The notes under the pieces are model-generated. The model was not told the origin of the DNA and searched no databases. It was given only the letters and a program-made list of their open reading frames with translations. The translations under genes and the position numbers were made by a program. From Heteronotia binoei (Eukaryota), in contig NC_083226.1 of the NCBI RefSeq assembly GCF_032191835.1, positions 136,896,001 through 136,960,000 on the forward strand: 64,000 nucleotides of DNA. The letters are read 5' to 3'. Of this stretch, positions 24,251 through 33,811 are shown one piece after another (position 1 is the stretch's first letter; each line of letters starts with the position of its first letter).

Positions 24251-25350
24251 ACTCATCGTATCCTGATATAGTATTATTTACTTCAGTATTCACTTCTATC
24301 GATCATGAGTCTGGCATCAATCAGAGCAATCAGAGCGAAGAGCACATCATTATTTCAAATGACACTGAAAGATACCTGACTAGTGTATGGCTGGCCTGGT
24401 TTGTTCCTTCAATCCACACTCTTGTAGTTGCATTGAGTCTTCCTCTGAACATCATAGCAATCCTTATGTTTGTGATCAAATTAAAGATTAAGAAACCAGC
24501 CACTGTGTATATGCTCAACCTGGCCTCTGCTGATGTGCTGTTTGTGAGCACACTGCCTTTTAAGATTTTCTATGAGTTTTCTGGACGCAACTGGATCTTT
24601 GGACCAGAAATGTGCCGCTTTGTCACTGCAGCCTTCTACTGCAACATGTACTGCTCCATACTGCTGATGACGGCGATAAGCATTGACCGCTTCTTGGCAG
24701 TGGTGTATCCAATGCAGGCTCTGTCATGGCGCACAGTAAGGCGTGCCTCTGTGGCATGCTGTGTCATCTGGCTTATAGCCATAGCTGGAGTTACCCCTCT
24801 GCTTATCACAGAACAAACTAAGAAAATCCCTCAGCTAAATATTACTACTTGCCGAGATGTGATAGATTTGTCTGTTGTGTTGGAAATACTTCAGTATTAT
24901 TTTTCTGCATCAACTATTTTATTCTTTTTTGTACCATTAATAATTTCTGTCTCCTGTTACATTTGTATTATAAGAAAACTTAGTGCATCTAAAATAACTC
25001 CTGAAAAACCTGGTAAGAAGAGGCGGGCCAAACTCTTGTCTGCTGCTGTCTTGTGTTCTTTTATTTTATGTTTTGGGCCTACTAATGTCTTGGCCTTGGT
25101 GCAAAACTTATTCCTTTCAGCTGATCAAAGGTTTGAGGGTCTCACTTTTTCCTACATGCTAGCTCTCTCTATTGGTACCATCAACTGTTGCATTGACCCA
25201 TTGATCTATTATTATGCTTCTTCTGAGTGTCAAAGGCAGGTCAGGAATCTCTTTTGTCATAAAAAGCATTCTGAGTTTGATAAAAGTCAGACAACAAGCA
25301 CTAATATGGGGACCTTTTCCAATAGTTTGAATCATTTATCTCAAGCATAG
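24251..25350 (+). CDS. F2R-like: PAR1-like receptor B, coding exon 2 (7TM GPCR); spliced product 388 aa
   Basis: Acceptor CATCTTTCAG|AC at 24250/24251, phase 1. Same PAR1 motifs as copy A, uninterrupted. Stop TAG 25348-25350. Confidence 0.93.
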
Positions 25351-25359
25351 TATTATATA

Positions 25360-25857
25360 TAGGGCTGTCAATCCCCAGTTGGAGGCAGGGGATCCCGCGG
25401 ATTGGAGGCCCTCCCCCCACTTCAGGGTTATCAGAAAGCATGGGGGGGATGTCTGCTGGGCACTCCATTATACCCTATGGAGACCAATTCCCATAGGGGA
25501 TAACGGAGAATTGATCCATGAGTATCTGGGGCTCTGGGGGTTGTTTTTTGAGATAGAGACACCAAATTTGTAGCATAGCATCTGATGCCTCTCCTCAAAA
25601 TACTCTCTTAAGTTTCAAAAGGATTGGACCAAGGGGGTCAAATTCTATGAGCCCCCCCCCAAAAAAGGTGTCCCTATCCTTCATTATTTCCAGTGGAGGG
25701 ACGGCATTTAAAAGGTGTGCAGTCCCTTTAAATGTGATGGCCAGAACTCCCTTTGAAGTTCAATTATGCATGTCACAACCTGGCTCCTGGCTCCACCCCC
25801 AGTGTCTCCTGGCTCCATCCCCAAAGTCCCCAGATATTTCTAGAATTAGCAACCCTA
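25360..25857. mobile_element. hAT MITE (same family as 20006-20538, opposite orientation)
   Basis: TAGGGCTGTCA...TAGCAACCCTA termini. Perfect 8-bp TSD ATTATATA (25352-25359, 25858-25865). Confidence 0.9.
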
Positions 25858-26770
25858 ATTATATAATTACTTATTACCTAATAAGCTCATTCTTAAACAT
25901 AGGACTTGCATGTCACTGACACAAATACAAGTTTGTGCCAGCTAATGGTATTGTCCATATATTGCTGTATTTGGAATATTACCACAGTAGTTAAAGGTTT
26001 CTTGGTATTTCACATCACTATGAATTATAACCATGCCATCTGCTATTTTGGATGGACATGTAACACTACAAAGAGAAATACTGAATAATGAATGCTGGAA
26101 AAGCTTCGCTACTGTTTACACAATATAATTTTCTACAGCTGTAATTAAAAGCAAAAGGAATCTTTACCTAATGTCATATGCTCTTGAGAGAAATAAATAT
26201 AAATATGGCTGGAGTCTGTAAAACCATTTGTGAGTGATGTTTGTTGTCATAATCTGTTGTTCAGCCAAATATTCACATTTATTGTTATTAATCTGGGTCT
26301 GTTAACATATGCCACTGAAATGGAAAAGTTATATTATTCCATTTTCAAAAGGGCATATGGGGATATATTTGAAACTTGAGCTTTAATCTCCAACTCTGTT
26401 TAGCAGTGTCCCTGGGGGACACATGAGTTTCCCCAACAGCAACTCCCCCACCACCACCACAATGCTCCCCTGGGACTCTTTCATGCGGAGAAAATGTTCA
26501 CTGCAATTCTGTTCCTAGTCAGGTACTGCATGTGCAGGATAACCCACACCTCACACATGATTGTATTAAACTGACACAGGGTGGGAACCCCAGACCCAGC
26601 TGGTATTCTCCAGGATATGTGAAGAGTCATGTCATGGCAGTCTGTTCTCTAATCTGCCCTTTGTGAGCAAAATAATTTTGAAAGAGTAGTTGCGCATTTC
26701 CAGGTGATGCATTTGCCCCAGGCCCCTTTCAGTATGGCTTCAGTATGTAAAGTATAGACTCTGTTGCAGT

Positions 26771-27244
26771 TAGGGTTGCCATCCCCAGCTGAGGGCAGGG
26801 TGTCCCCCGCTTCAGGGTTATCAGAAAGTGGGGCAAGGGGAAGGGAAATGTCTGCTGGGCACTCCATTATTTCCTGTGGAGATTGATTCCCCTAGGGTAT
26901 AATGGAGAATTGATCCATGAGTATCTGGGGTTCAGGCGGGGCTGCTTTTTGAGGTAGTGGCACCAAATTTTCAGCATAGCAATCAGTGCCTCTTCTCAAA
27001 ACACACCGACACCCAGTTTCAAAAAGATTCAACCAGGGGGTCCAATTCTGTGAGCCCCCAAAAGGATGCCCCCATTATTTCCAAAAGGAGGGAAGGCATA
27101 CAGTCCTTTTAAATGTGGTTACCAGAACTCCCTCTGGAGTTCAATCATGCTTGTCACACCCTTGCTCCCAGCTCCATGCCCAAAGTCTCCTGGCTCCACC
27201 CCCAAAGTCTCCAGATACTTCTTGAGTTGAACCTGGCAACCCTA
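26771..27244. mobile_element. hAT MITE, same family
   Basis: TAGGGTTGCCA...TGGCAACCCTA. Flanks GTTGCAGT/GTTGGAGT (7/8). Confidence 0.88.
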
Positions 27245-27431
27245 GTTGGAGTCCTTAGTTTATTACCTCTGTTTGAATGTCAGCAAGGCTGTGCTTCTTT
27301 ATTATTGTTACTGAACTGGCAGCCTTTGGTACCATAAATCATACCATTCAGACACTTGGAGACAGAAGAAGGACTCAAGGGATTTGCTTTGCACTGGTCC
27401 TTATGGATCTAATCAAAAGAGCTCCTGTTGG

Positions 27432-27662
27432 TAGGATTGCCAGGTCTCTCCTACCAACTGATGGGGGCTGGGAGGACTTACCAGCAACAGGGCAGACCTA
27501 GGCCAGTGACACAGCTATGTTGCAATCAATGCAATATCACTTCTGGCATGCACTAGAAGTAACATCATCACATAGCCAGTGGAGTGGGACACTCTGTTAT
27601 ATGGGCAGAACCTCTATGATAAACTATGGTTCCTCACCCCTGGTGGAGGCCTGGCAGCCCTA
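27432..27662. mobile_element. Short hAT MITE, Blackjack-like TIR
   Basis: TAGGATTGCCAG...CTGGCAGCCCTA. Flanks CCTGTTGG/GCTGTTTG (6/8). Related short copies at ~990-1138, ~30930-31130, 43069-43319, ~46719-46885, 47933-48164, 62827-63056. Confidence 0.65.
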
Positions 27663-28679
27663 GCTGTTTGGAAGACTGGTTGTCATCAGTTTGGGGCTTG
27701 CTTGTGGGTTTATCCCCCCTTTGCTCATCTGAGTGAAACCTTCTGAAGGCTGCCTGAACATTCTGTGATTGAATGATGTGTCTGATGAGGTCAGGAAGTC
27801 TTCTACACTTTGATCCTTTAACAGAATGTGTAAAATAGAATTGTTCAAGAAAACATATTTAAAATAGGGAATAAGGTTGCAGTTAATATCTATGAAGTTG
27901 AATCAGTTTTCAATGCTTTGCTCCTTGGGTATATTACACTGTTTTTATTGCATTGTTTTACAGTTTTGCCCTGTTGCATTTGTTTGTGCTATACTGTTAT
28001 ATAGAATGCATTTTGTACACTGTCCTCTAACTTTGTAATCCAGTTTTATTCACTGTCACTGCTATGTTTTACATTGTCCTTATTGCATGTTTTTATTGCT
28101 GTATTCAGGTTTGTGTCTCAGCAAGGAAGGTGAATGATGAATGAAATAAATAAATTAAATGCAATATTATCCCCCTTTGAAGCATATAACTCTCGTGTTT
28201 AATCCATTTTATGGAAGTCAAGCCATACCTCTCTCATGCAATTCTTATTAACATACATATAGCAACATCAATATCTGCATTGCTTCATGACCAAAATTGT
28301 TGGATATTTCCCACCCCAGCAAGAAGCTTTTACTTGGGAAGTCAAAGACAAAAGAGCATTAACAGAAAAGTTCTTTGATATTTGCTTGAGGATGAGGCCT
28401 GGAGTCTGGAGGAGTTAAAACAAAAGCTCCCAGGAAAGGATGGGTTTGAAGGGTGGGAAAGGTACCCCCATATAACTGTTCAAGGATTATCCTGGAAGCC
28501 ATCATGGCAGCACAGACATTTGTTTCTGTGAACAATAAGCTGCAATTCATTATGCATGTAATACTGTCCTGGAGAATTGAGTTCCCGTTCTAAATAAAAT
28601 TATTTCTTGAGGCTCTTCATACATCTTTCTAAACTTACATTTGGTCCAAAATTATGCAAAGAGAAGAATCATCTTCATC

Positions 28680-29390
28680 ACCACCATCACCTCATTTTAA
28701 CTTGTGATTTGCCCAATCTCTCTGAGTGATGTACAACATGTTAAAAACATCAAACATAAGAAAGGATATATAAAGAAGACTAATACCACAAATCTAAAAT
28801 AATCAGATGGCAGATTTTATAATTGCTCCCCAATTTCAGACTGCCGATCACTTTGCAAGCAGGGAAGAAGAGGGATAATGCAAATACGGAAAGCAAGGGA
28901 CTGTGCCAGCCAGAATGGAAACCATTGCTGTCCTCAAAAGCCTGACAGAACATCTCTGCCTACAGGCCCCGTGGAATTGAATAAATTCCTGCAGCGTCCA
29001 GATGGTAATTGGCAGAGAGTTCCACCAGGCTGGGGCCAGAACCAAAAAGGCCCTGGGCCTGCTCAAGGACAGCTGGATGTCTTTGAGGCCACAGACCATC
29101 AGCAGATTGCTATGTAAAGAATGCAATGCTCTCCCAGAGACATACCGGAGGAGATGGTCCTGTAGATATATCAGCCTCTGGCTGCTTAAGGCCTTGAAGG
29201 TCAGCACCAAAATCTTGCCTGGAGATGACCATTGCATAGATTACCATGTCTAGGTCAGGGCTTGACAGGAAAGGGGTCAATTGCCAAGCCTGGTGCAGGT
29301 GGAAAAATGCCAGCCTAGTAATATGTGTAACTTGGGCATCCAAATTCAAGCAGGCATCCAAAATTACACCCAAACTCTTGACAGACTATC
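28680..29390 (-). mobile_element. L2 LINE 3' remnant
   Basis: GVILDACLNLDAQV...AFFHLHQAWQLTPFLSSPDL and RAFLVLAPAWWNSLP, typical of the L2 ORF2 C-terminal region. Frameshifted. Confidence 0.75.
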
Positions 29391-30708
29391 TGAAATCACT
29401 TTAGTTTCCTAAATAACTGAGGTGATTACAAGCTGGTTGAGCAACAGCTACTTAAGGATGCACTGTTAACTCTCCATCCTCTAAAATGCAGCCATGGAGG
29501 TGTCCTCCAAGGAATCTTTTCATCACTTTCATATTACAAATAGATCTACAAATGCTGTCCCTGCTGTAAAGTTAATTAAGAAAGGTGTGGGAAGTCAACA
29601 AAGTGTTCCTTGCCCTTCAGAGCTTCCTTCTATGATTTTGGCACATATAAGGATCTCAAAACTCTATCAGATGGCACCTGTGCACACAAGTTACAGAGTT
29701 ATGCATTTGGTATTACCCTTACTGAACTTTAGTAGACATCCATAGACTTAGGCTATAATAATAAGGTGAGCTTCTCTGAACCATTTTATTTGCATTTGAT
29801 TTCGTTTAAGATCAGACCAAAAGTTTATCTGATTCAGCATCCTCTGCCCCACAGTGGACAACCAAATATTTCCAGCAAGTCCAAAAGCAGAATGTGAACA
29901 CCAGTGGTGTCCCCCTCCAAACTGACCAATTGTTTCCTGCCAACAACTGGCATTTGCTTACATGTTGCAATTGCTGCATAATAAAATAGTTTTGAGGGTG
30001 GCCATGTTGGTCTGCAAAGGAACAGTTAGATTTGATCAACAAGATTTTTTTGGTGGGGGGGCACAAGCTTTTGAGACTTAAAACTCCCTTCATCAGAGAT
30101 CACATTACTCATTCTGATGTCAATGCAGTAGGGACAGTCAAATTAAGAAAAAACAAAATGCCCTGGACCTAGCTAGCATCTAGTTTCTTGGAGATGGTGA
30201 TGATTATGGATGCTCATAAGATAAAGATTCTCTTGGGGTATCACAGTTCAGCCTCTTGCAACAAAAACAGAAAGAAGTGTTACTACTTTATGAACAGTAG
30301 TTGTCAAATCTTTCTCATTCATAAAGAAGGGTATTCACATTTGTTTGCAGAAGAACCATGGAGCAGAAAATGTACTGAGCATTTTTTCATGTATTTCGAG
30401 CCATGCATAATGTGAAACCAGTCTGGTGTAAAGGAAAAATGAAAATTCTGTTCTGTTTAGTTCTCTGTTTAGTTACATATTAAAGGTATCTCAGAATATC
30501 ATCATTTACGTTTTTATAGTATGTATTCTTCTCAACCAAGCACAAAAGATCCCTTCTTTAATCTACAAAGATCTGTCTGTTTCAGTTTTAGAAATACATT
30601 TTACAGGCATGCAAATGTTTTTGCTTTCTTGGTTGCTGGGAACCATTTATTATCACATAGAGGTAAACATTGTATAAGGGTAAACAAATTAAAATTATTT
30701 GCAAAGTC

Positions 30709-30787
30709 AAATTCTTTTTCAAGCTTACAAATTCTTTTTTCAAGCTTACAAATTTTTTTTTCAAGTTTACAAATTCTTTTTTCAAGC
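30709..30787 (-). repeat. 21-bp tandem repeat (3 full plus partial) encoding Cys-containing heptads
   Basis: Unit AAG(C/T)TTACAAATT(C/T)TTTTTTC. Minus frame reads LEKRICK LEKKICK LEKRICK LEKEF. Confidence 0.9.
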
Positions 30788-32155
30788 ATAGATTCATTCT
30801 GGAGCAAGATCTTTAACTGTTTATTTATACGGCACATTTTTATTCTGTTCTTCTTCCAAGGAGCTAAGGGCAGTTACACAGTTCTATTCTTTAACATTTT
30901 GTTCTCATAACAACACTGTGAGGCATGTTAGGCTGGGAGAGTTCCCAGTTGGGAAACTCCTAGAGATTTGGGAGTGGAGCCTGGGGAGGACAGGGACCTT
31001 AGTGGGCTTTAGTACCATAGAGCCCACCCTGTAAAGCATCAGTTTTCTCTGGGGAAACTCATCTTTGTAGGCTGGGGATGACCTGTAATTCCAGGGGATC
31101 CCCAGATCCCACCTGGAGGCTGGCATCTCTAGGAGAGGATGACTGGACTAAGGACACCTAGTTTGTTTCATTTGAGCTCAGGTCTTCCTGGTCCTAGTCC
31201 AGCACTCTAAAGACCACACCACACTTAATGAACCCATTGGATTCAATGCAAAAGGAAGAAATATTTTTTCAAAACTTATACAGAAGCTGTGATTCTAGCA
31301 GTGCAGTCCTAAGCAGTTACACCCTTCTTGACTTCCATGGACATAGATGAGTGTAACTTTGATTAGGATTGTGCTGTAAGTAATTAATTGAAATGTCAAG
31401 CAATTCTTGTGCTCTTCAGCCTAACATACAAAGAATAGCCTTAAAAGGCAATGAGAAACAGGAAGAAAACATCAGTAACTCAGAACAAGCCATCTGCTTC
31501 CCACCTGCATAGTTCCACAGTAGTTTTACTGGTTTCATTGTGTTCTGTCCTGTGATCAACAGTCATATTATTTCTTGGAAAAATACATAGATGAGGCTTA
31601 GATCATGTTTGGGTGGTTCAATGTTTTCTTTTAATTAATTCAAAGTCATTCTGTATTTAAAACGAACATCTTGTGATTATTCTCCTGTTTTATGGGAGCC
31701 ACTTCATGTATTGTGGAAATGATGAGGCCATGATGACCGAATACAAAAGTAATAGTAGTACCTTTTACAAAGATCAATCAAAATATCACATAACTCTGTG
31801 TGTCACAAAGCAGCCTTCAACTTCTCTAGAACTCTTCCTGATTTACAAATTACTTCTGTTGACTCTTTACCTAGTGCAATACCTTAATTCAGTTCTCAGC
31901 TTTGATAATGCATATACCAACACATTTTCCAATTTCTTCCTGCCTTACAAGAGGCCAGTGTGACTCATTTACGCTGAAGATGTCAAAGACACTAAAAATA
32001 ATTTCCAAAACTGTTGAGTTCTTTATTGTACAATCACAGGAGAACAAAAGCAAAATTTCAGGGTGTTACCTCTTCCAAGTACATTTATAGTTCCTCTGAA
32101 AAGCATGAACAACTAGAACTTAAACATGGAGATCGATTTTGCACTCAGCTTACCC

Positions 32156-32369
32156 CACGGTCACGTTGCTCTTCTCTGCACAGTGTCTGTTGGATTTCCC
32201 ACTATCTGCGTCGGAGTTACAGGAAGCGTCGCGGCTTTTGGGCCGCAAACGAAAACAGCTAAAAACCAGTTTTCATTTGCTGTATGAAAGCCATGACACT
32301 TCCTGTAACTCTGGCACAGATAGTGGGAAATCCGACGGATGCTGCGCAGAGAAGAGGAATGTGACCGTG
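32156..32369. repeat. Long imperfect palindrome (hairpin MITE-like)
   Basis: Arms of ~85 bp from CACGGTCAC to GTGACCGTG, plus an inner stem GCAAACGAAAAC/GTTTTCATTTGC. Many mismatches are CpG transitions. Confidence 0.8.
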
Positions 32370-32553
32370 TTAATATTATGAAAGCCAAGCAGTTTCTAAG
32401 CACATGCTGGGAAAGTGAAAGTAACAGATCTGCCAGGTAGATCATCTAAGTGACAGAAGGTGGCTGGTTGCCAGATTGCATCAGCCTGCACAATGTCAGC
32501 ATGACTCAGCAGCAAGCTGATTGGTTACTGGGGTGGATGGATTGTATAAATGT

Positions 32554-33603
32554 CTCTCTCTCGGCTTGACTTCGCGAACGAAATTTAAGAAAGGTGCACT
32601 AGTCCACGTCTGCTGCAGGCTCGCTGGTGGCTGACAAGACTAATGTGGGACAGGCAGGTCCGGCCACAGTGGCTGCAGGGGAAAGTCTGATTTGGAGTTG
32701 GTGCTGTAGCAGTACGATTCTTCCTCAATCTCCTTTTGTCCTCAAGACCAGCTATGCATGCGTTCTCAAAGGAAGAGACAGCCTGGTGGATGGTGTGCCT
32801 CCATGCTTTGCGATCTGAGGCTATGTCAGACCACTGGTGATGGTTAATGCAACAGGTACCAAGGGATGTCTTCAAGGAGTCCTTGTACCTCTTCTTTGGT
32901 GGCCCTCTATTTCGATGGCCGGTGGAAAGTTCGCCATACAGGGCAATCTTGGGAAGGCGGTGGTTTTCCATCCTGGAGATATGCCCTGCCCAGCGCAGCT
33001 GCGTCTTCAACAGCAATGCCTCGATGCTTGTAACCTCCGCCCGCTTGAAGACTTCAGTGTTGGTCACAAAGTCACTCCAGTGGATGTTGAGGATGGTGCG
33101 AAGGCAGCGCTGATGAAAGCACTCAAGGAGTCGCAGGTGATGACGGTATAAAACCCTTCGGAGCCGTAGATGAGGGTTGTCATCACAACCGCTTTGTAAA
33201 CATTGATCTTTGTGCTTTTTTTCAGATGCTTGTTGCTCCACACTCTTTTATGCAGTCGGCCAAATGCACGGTTTGCCTTTGCCAGTCTATTGTCAATCTC
33301 CTTGTCGATCTTGGCGTCTGAGGAGATGATGCACCCCAGGTAGCTGAACTGCTGGACTGTCTTCAAAACTGATTCACCCACAGTGATGCAAGGAGGGTGA
33401 TAATCTTCCTGGGGTGCAGGCTGGTGGAGAACTTCTGTCTTCTTTAGACTAACTTCTAGGCCGAATAGCTTGGCAGCCTCTGCAAAGCAGGACATCATAT
33501 GCTGCAGAGCTGATACCGAGTGGGAGACAAGTGCAGCATCATCAGCAAACAGTAGCTCTCAGATAAGTTTTTCCATTGTCTTGGAGTCGCCTCAGGTTGA
33601 ACA
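32554..33603 (-). mobile_element. BovB-like RTE LINE, 3' portion (interrupted by CR1)
   Basis: ELLFADDAAL RT region, then FSYLG...AFGRL, RLRWAGHISRM...LYGEL and a C-terminal CSHCGRTC..HISLVSH zinc finger. (CT)n tail. Candidate TSD TAAATGT at 32547-32553 and 38603-38609. Confidence 0.92.
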
Positions 33604-33680
33604 TAAGAACATAAGAACATAAGAAGAACATAAGAGAAGCCATGTTAGATCAGGCCAATGGCCCATCCAATCCAACATTC

Positions 33681-33811
33681 NNNNNNNNNNNNNNNNNNNN
33701 NNNNNNNNNNNNNNNNNNNNNNNNNNNNNNNNNNNNNNNNNNNNNNNNNNNNNNNNNNNNNNNNNNNNNNNNNNNNNNNNNNNNNNNNNNNNNNNNNNNN
33801 NNNNNNNNNNN
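33681..33811. other. Assembly gap (131 N)
   Basis: Run of N. In sister copies this position holds the ORF2 stop and a (TG/TA)n microsatellite hairpin. Confidence 1.

Noticed and set aside
33601-33640. Short regular repeats (ATAAGAAC)n; also the 21-bp and 291-bp arrays
   Set aside because: CR1 tail and tandem duplications with no unique spacers; no CRISPR array in this vertebrate DNA.
33650-33811. ORF2 extension through the N run to 1037 aa
   Set aside because: Artefact of translating N; sister copies stop at ISGY* inside this interval.
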